Shown piece after piece: positions 36,786 to 45,123 of a stretch of DNA of 45,123 nucleotides. The notes below the pieces were generated by a model. It saw only the letters and a program-made list of their open reading frames with translations. It was not told the DNA's origin and ran no database searches. The position numbers and the translations under genes are program-made. Every line of letters starts with the position of its first letter. Position 1 is the stretch's first letter. This DNA comes from an uncultured Eubacteriales bacterium (GTDB taxonomy: Bacteria > Bacillota > Clostridia > Christensenellales > UBA1242), in assembly GCA_900557645.1 (NCBI GenBank), contig USSZ01000002.1, positions 1 to 45,123 on the forward strand. Reading direction: 5' to 3'.

Positions 36786-37670
36786 ATGAAAAAAATTATT
36801 ATATATTCGCCTTATGATTGTCTAGTTAAAACAAGAAATGAAGAAAATACTTTAGAAACAAACTGTAATTTAGAGATAGATAGAGATATAGAACAACCTA
36901 TATCAATCTATCCCATTGGGAAAAATTCAAAGTATTCTTTTAACATTGATATAACAGATAAAACATCAAAATTTTATAGTTTAATAGAAAAAGATGACAA
37001 AATACTAATTTTTCTTTTAGATGGTTTATTTGTAGAAAACGTAAATATTTATCATTTTTTCTATAAAAATAAGCCTAGTTCAATAGAAATATCTTCACAA
37101 AACATAATCTTTTCTACAGAAAACAACAAAAAAGTAATATCTCTTCCTTTTTTTGCACAAGGTTATTCCTGTGGACAATTTTCCCACATTCTATATGTTA
37201 AATTTTCAGATAAACAAAATGATAAGTTAATTGCCTATAATACATTATCAAATAAAGCAAAGATGTTTTCTGGTGAAAAAATTGAAATAGATAAAAATGG
37301 CTTCATTGTTAATAATGAAAAAACAAAAACTTGTCAATGTGTAAAATGTGAATATTACATTGATAACGAGGGATTAAAATTAAAGTCAAAGACAGTTTCA
37401 AAAGAAGAAAGAATTTTTCCACAAGAACTTATAACTTATCAGTTTATGGAATCAATTAAAAATAACGACTTTAAAAATGCTTTATCTTATCTATCTAATG
37501 ATTTAAAAAACAATGTTGATGAGGATTCTTTAAAAGGTTATTTTGGAGATATAAGTTATTTTTATCCTATTGATAAAAATACGAGTTTTGCAATTTCGGA
37601 CAATCAAAATATTTTATACGAATTTTCTATTATCAATAATAAAATAAATGAAATTAGTGATTTTAAATAA
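36786..37670 (+). CDS. Hypothetical protein (294 aa)
   Basis: Long ORF. No motif recognised. Confidence 0.65.
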   Translation: MKKIIIYSPYDCLVKTRNEENTLETNCNLEIDRDIEQPISIYPIGKNSKYSFNIDITDKTSKFYSLIEKDDKILIFLLDGLFVENVNIYHFFYKNKPSSIEISSQNIIFSTENNKKVISLPFFAQGYSCGQFSHILYVKFSDKQNDKLIAYNTLSNKAKMFSGEKIEIDKNGFIVNNEKTKTCQCVKCEYYIDNEGLKLKSKTVSKEERIFPQELITYQFMESIKNNDFKNALSYLSNDLKNNVDEDSLKGYFGDISYFYPIDKNTSFAISDNQNILYEFSIINNKINEISDFK

Positions 37671-37762
37671 AACTTTATACTAAATTTTAACTATACAATA
37701 AAAAAATATATTGATTAAAACAATATATTTTTTTATTTTCAAACTCAGATTTTTTCCTATAG

Positions 37763-39565
37763 TCATCTATCAATATCATCACCTTGCAAATTTGTTAAGT
37801 AACTGTCTAAATGATTATTATCTGCAGATACAAAACTATTGCTTGCACCATTTTCAAAACTTTCTTTAGCGTGCTTTTCAGTTTGAGATATAATGTTATC
37901 TATAAAATCTTTATCAAAACTTTTACCTACAAAATCTTTATCTTTAATAGCCAAATTAATTATTCCTTTTTTAAATTTTTCTAAAGGTATAACTATGCTT
38001 TTTTCTCCATATTTTTCTACTATGTCAGGTCTATTAAATGACATTTTAAAAGAATTAATTTTGGTTGCCAATTTATATAAAACATTTGATTTTAAATATC
38101 CTTTAAAATCTTTTATATCAACTATCAGAGAATCTCTTCTATTTTTATAAAACTTTTGCGAATATCTCATATTTTTATAATAAAGCAAATCATTTACCGG
38201 AAACATACAATGAGAAAAATCATATGGTTTAGCAGAACTATTGGCATCAGCAGTTATATCACAAGCATAGTAACCTTGTATATTATACTCTTCGTCATTA
38301 ATATAAATTAAATTGTGAGTATGTTCTCCAATTCTTTGATTATCTTTAGAATAAAAACGACAACCAATAATATCACATTTTAGATTTTTATCATCTAATT
38401 TATCTATAATTGCTTTTAACAATGAAGAATATCCCGAACAAACAACCTTTTTATTATTTAACACTCCAACAATTACTCTTGATTCTTCAATATTTGAACT
38501 TCTGTTATATTTTATTTTTGATAGTTCTTTATGTAAATCCAGAACAATTTCAAAAGGAGATAATCCATTTTCCTTTAAATCATAAACTATTTTATCTATT
38601 ATTGCATTTGCTTGTATTACTTGTTTTAAAGTCCACCCCTTTTCAAAATCATCAAGACTTTCAAATTTATTTAATTCATTAAATTTTATAATATTATCTT
38701 TACCATAACTTTTAAGTAATTTTTCTAAACCTACAATCAAATCAAGTTCCTCAGCACTATACAAATAGTTTGCTTTATCCCTGTTATCTTGAATTTCCAT
38801 TAAACTATCAATTCCAATTTTTACAATTTTATTTTGCTTAAGAAGTTTCGTGCAAAGGTCTTTTAATAACTCAACATTTTCTTTGGTTATGTAATTTTTA
38901 TCCAAAGAAAATAAAACTATATTATCTCGTGCATTTTCTAATTTACAAATTTGATTTTCATAACTACTTACTAATGATTGTAAATTTGTAAATGTATTTT
39001 CTCCTTTTTCTAGCATATCATTCATATCTTTTAATGCAAAATACATTGACAATTCTTGATATATATTATAAAAAGTCTCGTCATCTAATGAAACATAAGA
39101 TATAGGATTTATTTTACTATTTTTATTCTTTTTCATATAAAAATCATACAACTGTTTTTTCTCATCTTCGTTAAAGTCATAACTATCCCTATCTATAATT
39201 TTTTGAATTTTATCTTCTTCAGACAACTCAAACTTTTTTAACTTTTCTTTATAATTAATTAAATCTCTTTTTAATTTAGATATTGAAGTGTTATATAAAT
39301 TTTGTATATTATTTATAGCACTACTAAAATAATCTTTTTCTTTTAACCGAAGAACATCAATAACATAAGATGAAGATTTAATATTTACTTTATTTTTATC
39401 TTCATAAGAATTATTTAATTTATTCTCAAATTTATAAGTTTTATCATTTAATAATAAATTATCATCAAAATAAGAAGAAGATTTAACGTTTAATTTATTT
39501 GTTTCTTCATTAGTTTTATTTAATTTATTTTCAAATAAAAAATTTTTATCGTTTTTATAATCCAT
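37763..39565 (-). CDS. Transglutaminase-like (Cys-His-Asp) domain protein
   Basis: 600-aa ORF with GGAGGA RBS. KVVCSGYSSLLKAIIDKL ... GEHTHNLIYIN ... YYACDIT fits the transglutaminase-core C/H/D order. A ~35-aa tandem duplication lies at the N-terminus. Confidence 0.6.
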   Translation of the reverse strand: MDYKNDKNFLFENKLNKTNEETNKLNVKSSSYFDDNLLLNDKTYKFENKLNNSYEDKNKVNIKSSSYVIDVLRLKEKDYFSSAINNIQNLYNTSISKLKRDLINYKEKLKKFELSEEDKIQKIIDRDSYDFNEDEKKQLYDFYMKKNKNSKINPISYVSLDDETFYNIYQELSMYFALKDMNDMLEKGENTFTNLQSLVSSYENQICKLENARDNIVLFSLDKNYITKENVELLKDLCTKLLKQNKIVKIGIDSLMEIQDNRDKANYLYSAEELDLIVGLEKLLKSYGKDNIIKFNELNKFESLDDFEKGWTLKQVIQANAIIDKIVYDLKENGLSPFEIVLDLHKELSKIKYNRSSNIEESRVIVGVLNNKKVVCSGYSSLLKAIIDKLDDKNLKCDIIGCRFYSKDNQRIGEHTHNLIYINDEEYNIQGYYACDITADANSSAKPYDFSHCMFPVNDLLYYKNMRYSQKFYKNRRDSLIVDIKDFKGYLKSNVLYKLATKINSFKMSFNRPDIVEKYGEKSIVIPLEKFKKGIINLAIKDKDFVGKSFDKDFIDNIISQTEKHAKESFENGASNSFVSADNNHLDSYLTNLQGDDIDR

Positions 39566-39591
39566 ATTCTCCTCCTTATTTTTTTATCAAA

Positions 39592-40380
39592 TTATTTATT
39601 TTTATATTTCTTATTCAATCTTTGTTGGTTTAGCCAAGTTTTCATAACAAGTTTTTTAGGTAATATATTCACCATACGAACTTGACTTCTTGCAATAAAG
39701 CCACAAATAGACAATTCTTTGCCTTTTTTAGCATCTTTTATCGCTTTTTTAACTACATTTTCTGGTTTATACATGGCAACATATTTTGAAACAACTTCTT
39801 CTTTTGCATCAGTTTTTGTTGCTCTGTCAAAAAATGCTGTTTTAGTCCAAAATGGACATACACATGTTACTTTTATTTTTTTATTTTTCAATTCAACATT
39901 CAAGGCACGTGAATAACTTATAACGAATGCTTTACTTGCTGCATAAGTTGCCATATAAGGAACTGGCTGAAATCCGGCTACAGATGCAATTTGAATAATC
40001 TTTCCTCCCTCATTCATAAAAGGTATGGTTATTTCTGTCATTTTTAAAAGTGCTTTACAATTCAAATCAATCATATTAGCAGATGTTTCTACAGGTATTT
40101 CATTATATCTTCCAAACTTGCCAAATCCAGAACAATTTATAAGCCATTTAACATTAATCTCTTCTTTCTTTAACATTTCTTTATAAACTGAAAAACTTTT
40201 TTCCTCTGTCAAATCTAATACTAAAGATCGAAATTTTGTTTTTATTATTTTTTCAACCTCTTTAAGTTTTTCTTCTTCAAGTCCTATACCCCAAATTTCA
40301 TCAAATTGTCCGTCTAGTTGACAAACAAACTCTCTTCCCATTCCTGATGATGCACCTGTTATAACTGCTATATTTTTCAT
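39592..40380 (-). CDS. Short-chain dehydrogenase/reductase (SDR)
   Basis: TGASSGMG cofactor motif, NCSG, catalytic YAASK. Confidence 0.9.
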   Translation of the reverse strand: MKNIAVITGASSGMGREFVCQLDGQFDEIWGIGLEEEKLKEVEKIIKTKFRSLVLDLTEEKSFSVYKEMLKKEEINVKWLINCSGFGKFGRYNEIPVETSANMIDLNCKALLKMTEITIPFMNEGGKIIQIASVAGFQPVPYMATYAASKAFVISYSRALNVELKNKKIKVTCVCPFWTKTAFFDRATKTDAKEEVVSKYVAMYKPENVVKKAIKDAKKGKELSICGFIARSQVRMVNILPKKLVMKTWLNQQRLNKKYKNK

Positions 40381-40417
40381 TTTTACCTCTCTTCAAAATT
40401 AAACCATATAATCTTGC

Positions 40418-41191
40418 TTATAAAATTTCTTTAATATCCTCTAATAAATCTTTATCTAAAAATTCAAGAGCCTTTTCCCTAATTTTAAATGGAATTCCAT
40501 AGAATTGTTCAGCAATAGAACAAGAAATTGCAGATAATGTATCACTATCACCACCAATTGAAATAGTTGTTCGCAAACAGTCCTCAAAAGAATTTGAAAT
40601 CAAAAAGCAATAGATTGCAACGGGTATCGTTCCTTGACAAGTTACATCGAATTTATAATTTTTAATAAGTGTTTGATAATCATAATCTAATTGATAATAA
40701 TTTTTAGTTATATAATTCTTTATCTCACATTTACTAAATTTATTTTTTGCTAAATAATTTGCAACTGCAGTTGCTTCAGCACCTTTAATTCCTTCAATAT
40801 GATTGTGAGTTACCTTTGTTACTTTTTTAGATAAATCTTTTACCTCATCAATACTAGATGCAAAATCAATAACAGGACTAACTCTCATACCAGCACCATT
40901 GCCATAACTATTATAAGGTAACGAATTATCAGAATTTAACCATGTTTTAAACATAGAACCAAAACCACACTCTATGTATTTTTTTCCATAATATTTCATT
41001 TTCTCAATAACTTTGTTAGATAAATTTTCATAATTACCTTTACATTCTTTTAATGCTTTATAAACTGCAATTGTCATGACAGTATCATCAGTAAAATGAC
41101 ATTTATCATCAAACAACTGAAAATTTTTTGATTTTATATTATGAAATTCATATATAGAACCCACAATATCTCCTATTATCGCACCAATCAT
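40418..41191 (-). CDS. ADP-ribosylglycohydrolase-family protein
   Basis: MIGAIIGDIVGSIYEF..FTDDTVMTIAV and GGDSDTLSAI motifs. GGGGG RBS. Confidence 0.8.
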   Translation of the reverse strand: MIGAIIGDIVGSIYEFHNIKSKNFQLFDDKCHFTDDTVMTIAVYKALKECKGNYENLSNKVIEKMKYYGKKYIECGFGSMFKTWLNSDNSLPYNSYGNGAGMRVSPVIDFASSIDEVKDLSKKVTKVTHNHIEGIKGAEATAVANYLAKNKFSKCEIKNYITKNYYQLDYDYQTLIKNYKFDVTCQGTIPVAIYCFLISNSFEDCLRTTISIGGDSDTLSAISCSIAEQFYGIPFKIREKALEFLDKDLLEDIKEIL

Positions 41192-41254
41192 GCAAATCCC
41201 CCTTATTTCAAGAAAATTTTCATAGGAATATTAAATTATTTTAAAAATGTTAAA

Positions 41255-41623
41255 TTATTTTTCTGCTTTATCGTTATCATTGTTGTTAATTTCTTTATTC
41301 ATTTCAGTTGTTACAATTTGAACTTGATTCTTATCATCTGTAGAATTGTCTTTTAAAAGCATATCACCAATTCTTGTTACTACTGAACCAGCAACAATCA
41401 TTAAAATAAAAGGTATTGCTACAAACCACGCAATTAACGCCCGATCTGTATCAAATTTAAAAAACAATACTATAAATGAAATGAATGATGCTAAAAATCC
41501 GGCTAAGCCTAATGCAAGAGTTAATCCACCAGACAGAAGATAGATCTTTTTTATCTTTTTCTGCTTTTGTTCATTATTATTTTTTGTAATTTTATCATTA
41601 ATCCTTTTTATATACCCTTCCAT
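41255..41623 (-). CDS. Small membrane protein (2 TM segments)
   Basis: The ATG at 41623 is preceded by AGAGGA. Two hydrophobic helices. Confidence 0.55.
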   Translation of the reverse strand: MEGYIKRINDKITKNNNEQKQKKIKKIYLLSGGLTLALGLAGFLASFISFIVLFFKFDTDRALIAWFVAIPFILMIVAGSVVTRIGDMLLKDNSTDDKNQVQIVTTEMNKEINNNDNDKAEK

Positions 41624-41737
41624 ATAATCCTCTTTAATAAATAATATCATAAATATTAATATTTGTAAATAATAATATCAAACTCTAAATCAATATAATT
41701 GACTTTTTTACTTATAATTTTATACAATTTATGATAT

Positions 41738-42186
41738 ATGAAAGATTTAATAATAAAAAAAGTAACAAACCAAACTGAAATTGAAGAATTACAAAAAATG
41801 GAATATAATGTTTCAATCTATTTTAAAAAGTATGCTAAAAACAAGGTATAAAAGATCATGAAATTGAAAATTATACCATGGAAAATACTAAAAAATATCT
41901 AAATAAACAATATCAAAAATTTATTGCCAAGATTAAAAACATTTGCATAGGAATGATAATTCTCAAAAAGAAAAAATCTACCTATTACAAACAAACTATT
42001 TATGAAATTATAGATTTATATGTAATAGAAGATTACAGACATAAAAATATCGGGAAAAGTCTTATCGCATTCGCAAAAAATAAATTTAATTGCAGACTTG
42101 AATTAAGTTGTTTTTACGATGCTCCAGCAAATAAATTTTACAAGCATTTAGGTGCAAAATTACTTGAATGTGTTTACACTATATGA
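41738..42186 (+). pseudogene. GNAT acetyltransferase interrupted by a 1-nt frameshift
   Basis: Frame 2 ORF 41738-41851 (MKDLIIKKVTNQTEIEELQ...YAKNKV*). Frame 1 is open from 41839 (..KDHEIENYTMENTKKYL...VIEDYRHKNIGKSLIAFA...ANKFYKHLGAKL). The two frames overlap at gctaaaaacaagg. Confidence 0.6.
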
Positions 42187-42390
42187 AATAGACTTAAAAA
42201 AATAAAATTTCAACAATTTTATGTTTTTTAACCACTATCACAAATCAATAAAATAAGAGTCTTAATCCATAAAATAAGTTAGAGTTCTGATCAAATAAAT
42301 TAAATATTATTAAAAACTTAAAATTTATTAAACTTTGACTTGCAAAATATAATAAAATTTTATATAATAAAATATAAAAATAAAAAATAA

Positions 42391-42472
42391 GCGGATATGG
42401 TGGAATGGCAGACACGCTGGATTTAGGTTCCAGTCCGAAAGGGTGCAGGTTCAACTCCTGTTATCCGCACCA
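42391..42472 (+). tRNA. tRNA-Leu (anticodon TAG), class II with a long variable arm
   Basis: Acceptor GCGGATA/TATCCGC, anticodon arm CTGGA-TTTAGGT-TCCAG, variable arm, T-arm CAGGT-TCAACTC-CTG, encoded CCA. Confidence 0.9.
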
Positions 42473-42479
42473 AAAATAA

Positions 42480-42528
42480 AGCGACTTTGCTTATAATTGT
42501 GTTTTTTGCAAAGATCGCTCTTTTTTTT
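42480..42528 (+). terminator. Intrinsic terminator after tRNA-Leu
   Basis: Stem agcgactttgc / gcaaagatcgct (one bulge) with a 17-nt loop, followed by T8. Confidence 0.5.
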
Positions 42529-42877
42529 ATTATCATAAGTCAAATCTATGCAAGAATGAAACTTGATTATAATATTTATAAAGTTTTTATCATAAATTCA
42601 ATTTTACGCTCTAATTTCAAACTAATTTACCAAAATTTAGTTTATATATATTAAGATATATTAAGCAATAAAAAAAAACAATCTTAGTAAGATTGTATTT
42701 TATAAAAGTATCATACTACAAAAGTTTTATTTATTATTATCTCTTGCATTTTTTATACCTACTTTCTTATATAACTATTTATACAATTATGAAAATGATA
42801 TATTAAATACAATTAAATTAAATCTGACTTTCATATTGATATAGTAATATTTAGTTATTTTTTTATAATTATATGTA

Positions 42878-43183
42878 TTAACATATACTATTTTCTTTTT
42901 CAAGCATTCTTCGTGCTTCTTGATATTTTTCTATAGTCTCTAACAAATATCTTTTTTTACCTCTGGCATCAAGATTCATAAGTTTATTTTCATCCATTAA
43001 TCTTTTTAAAGGATTACATATATCAATATCATTAGTCATCAATTCTTTTACTTTATTATAAAATCCTTCGTCATGATGATCTATAACTCTAACATTTGTA
43101 TTAGCATATGTAGATCTTAACTCCTTATTAATCATTCTGTTTTTTGCTTTCATTGCAAGTGTTTTTAAAATATCATTTTTCAT
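42878..43183 (-). CDS. Hypothetical protein (101 aa)
   Basis: ORF with GGAGAA RBS. A hairpin plus T9 lies about 180 nt downstream (42678-42696). Confidence 0.55.
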   Translation of the reverse strand: MKNDILKTLAMKAKNRMINKELRSTYANTNVRVIDHHDEGFYNKVKELMTNDIDICNPLKRLMDENKLMNLDARGKKRYLLETIEKYQEARRMLEKENSIC

Positions 43184-43576
43184 AATTCTTATTCTCCTTT
43201 TATTTTTTATACTTAATGATTCCTTTTTTCAAAAAGCACTTTCATTATATAATGTTTTATAAATATTTAAAAATGATTTTAACAAATATTTTATGAAATA
43301 CTGTCGAATTTTGTAATGTTATCACTAATCTATATTTTTCACTAAACTTTTTCTATATTAATAATCGAATTAAACAAAAATACCTTATAACAACTTTTAT
43401 TTTTATAGACAGAACAAATAATAATTACATTAAAAAGATTATTAACTTTGAATTAAATAATTTTAATACAAGTAAAAACATAAGCAAATCAAAGATTATT
43501 CTTTACAATATTTTAAAAATAAATAGTAAAGATTTATAATAAAAACTGAACAAAAATTATTACATATAAAAATCAT

Positions 43577-43608
43577 AACAAAAAATACAGAACTTATATG
43601 TTCTGTAT
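43577..43608 (-). terminator. Intrinsic terminator after rubrerythrin
   Basis: Stem atacagaac / gttctgtat with loop ttatat. T-run on the minus strand. Confidence 0.65.
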
Positions 43609-43631
43609 TTTATTATTCCTATATATTTAAA

Positions 43632-44173
43632 TTAAAATTCTTCAACTAAGATTTCAAAATATGCTTCTGGATGATTGCATACTGGACATACTTTTGGTGG
43701 TTCATTACCAACATAAACATGACCACAATTTCTACATACCCAAATTTTCTTGTCTGTTTTCTTGAAAACCTTACCTTCTCTTACTAATTCTGCAAGTTTA
43801 TTATATCTTTCTTCGTGTCTTTTTTCAATTTCACCAACTGCAGCGAATTTATATGCTAAATCATCAAAGCCTTCTTCTTTTGCTTCTTTTGCCATTCTAG
43901 CATACATATCTGTCCATTCTCCATGTTCTCCTGCTGCTGCATCAATCAAATTCTCAACAGTTGTAGGGACATCTCCATTATGTAATGCTTTAAACCATAA
44001 TTTAGCGTGTTCTTTTTCATTATTAGCAGTTTCTTCAAAAATGCTAGCAATCTGCTCATATCCTTCTTTCTTTGCTTTAGATGCATAGAAAGTATATTTA
44101 TTTCTTGCTTGACTTTCTCCAGCGAATGCTTCCATTAAATTTTTCTCAGTTTTTGTTCCTTTTAATTCTTTCA
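43632..44173 (-). CDS. rbr: Rubrerythrin
   Basis: [43 protein letters not shown] and C-terminal [16 protein letters not shown]. The ATG at 44173 is preceded by GGAGG. Confidence 0.9.
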
Positions 44174-44386
44174 TTTTTACCTCCACTAGTATTATATCAT
44201 AGTTTAATTCAAATACAAAGCCTTTTAACAAAATTAAAAATTGACAATTTCATTACTAACATTATATAAAATTATTCCTAGACATTCTCTTTATAAGTAT
44301 GTAAAATATTTTGCACTATTTAAAATTTTTCTAAATTGTTTCATGTGAAACATTTTAATATAAAAGATCTTTCCCTGATAGAGAAA

Positions 44387-44408
44387 AGCGCCATAATATT
44401 ATGACGCT
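44387..44408 (-). terminator. Probable terminator after the response-regulator gene
   Basis: Stem agcgccat / atgacgct (one mismatch). The minus strand continues TTTTCTCT. Confidence 0.45.
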
Positions 44409-44446
44409 TTACCTGTCTAATATGAAACTTTTTTAATTTGAAATAA

Positions 44447-45091
44447 TTAATACAGTTTAACAATATTATTTCTGATAGCAAAAACAGCAGCTTGTGTACG
44501 ATCCGATACGTCTATCTTTCTGAAAATGTTGGAAATATGATTTTTAACAGTTCTTTCGCTTATATTCAAATTCACAGCAATTTCTTTATTAAACATACCG
44601 CCGGCAACCTGTGTCAAAATTTCAAGCTCTCTTTTTGTCAATGTCTGAAGCTTATCCTGGTCAACATCTCTATTGATTAACCTGGAATTTAAAGCAGGAA
44701 GTAAACTTGGTTGTATGTAAGACTCACCGGACATGATAACATTGATCGCCTGCTTCAATTCAGAAGAACCGGAGTCTTTCAAGATATAACCATTAGCGCC
44801 TATATCAACTGCTTTTACAAGATACTCCACTTCACTATGTACTGTCAAAATTAAAACCTTTAAAGGATCCTCTCTTCTTTTTAATTCCTCCAGCACTTCT
44901 ATACCATTCATCTCCGGCATATTAATATCAAGCAATAAAATATCCGGATGAATTTTTTCCAATTTCTGAAGACATTCTATTCCATCACTTGCTTCTTCGA
45001 TTACTTCAATACTACCATCAAACTCTAATAAATGTTTAATCCCTTCACGCATCAATGCATGATCATCTGTTAACATTACTTTAATACTCAT
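44447..45091 (-). CDS. NarL/LuxR-family two-component response regulator
   Basis: Receiver domain (LTDDH, LLDINMPEMNG, KD) plus a LuxR HTH (LTKRELEILTQVAGGMFNKEIA..SERTVKNHISNIFRKI). Confidence 0.9.
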   Translation of the reverse strand: MSIKVMLTDDHALMREGIKHLLEFDGSIEVIEEASDGIECLQKLEKIHPDILLLDINMPEMNGIEVLEELKRREDPLKVLILTVHSEVEYLVKAVDIGANGYILKDSGSSELKQAINVIMSGESYIQPSLLPALNSRLINRDVDQDKLQTLTKRELEILTQVAGGMFNKEIAVNLNISERTVKNHISNIFRKIDVSDRTQAAVFAIRNNIVKLY

Positions 45092-45123
45092 TTTAATTAA
45101 TCCTCTCTTACAATTTATTTAAA

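Noticed and set aside
42245-42454. A 69-aa minus-strand ORF.
   Set aside because: It overlaps the well-folded tRNA-Leu(TAG) gene and its AT-rich upstream region, so it is spurious.
44300-45123. A GC rise (~37% in the response-regulator gene versus ~23-27% in neighbours) as a horizontal-transfer boundary.
   Set aside because: Comparable or higher GC occurs in conserved stretches of pflB within the same window. The rise is more likely due to protein-sequence constraint than foreign origin. It needs a real sliding-window calculation.

Overview
This is an AT-rich (about 26-28% GC by eye) chromosomal segment from a low-GC Firmicutes anaerobe. Markers are Spo0A, AddAB, pyruvate formate-lyase with its activase, two rubrerythrins, YitT and YqeY. 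Genes have GGAGG-type ribosome-binding sites and hairpin-plus-T-run terminators, and ORFs are intact under the standard code. I count about 40 protein genes, two tRNAs (Met-CAT, Leu-TAG) and one frameshifted GNAT gene. I saw no rRNA, CRISPR array, transposase or integrase. From about 9.5 kb to the right end the window is mostly housekeeping, interspersed with orphan genes. The left 9.5 kb looks like a defence island. A tightly coupled minus-strand operon (6686 to 1) encodes four proteins in order: a MazG-like NTP pyrophosphatase, an SF2 helicase with a Vsr/DUF559-like nuclease N-domain, a small-molecule-type SAM methyltransferase, and a protein of more than 1059 aa that pairs a DUF4365-like nuclease domain with a RecD-like SF1 helicase. 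Divergently from it lie a HEPN (Rx4H) protein and a ParB/DGQHR-like protein overlapping a mini-GNAT. This operon is my best candidate for an undescribed system. The largest ORF of the window (minus strand, 3178 to beyond position 1) is missing from the supplied ORF track because it has no stop inside the window. I translated it by hand and found 1059 sense codons. Other points worth a second look: a perfect 25-bp repeat present twice in inverted orientation 24.6 kb apart, each copy in a divergent promoter region; a Spo0A whose phospho-acceptor Asp is replaced by Glu; and a membrane-anchored coiled-coil protein with four KRGRGRPRK AT-hooks. All functional calls rest on motif recognition by eye. 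No database search was run.
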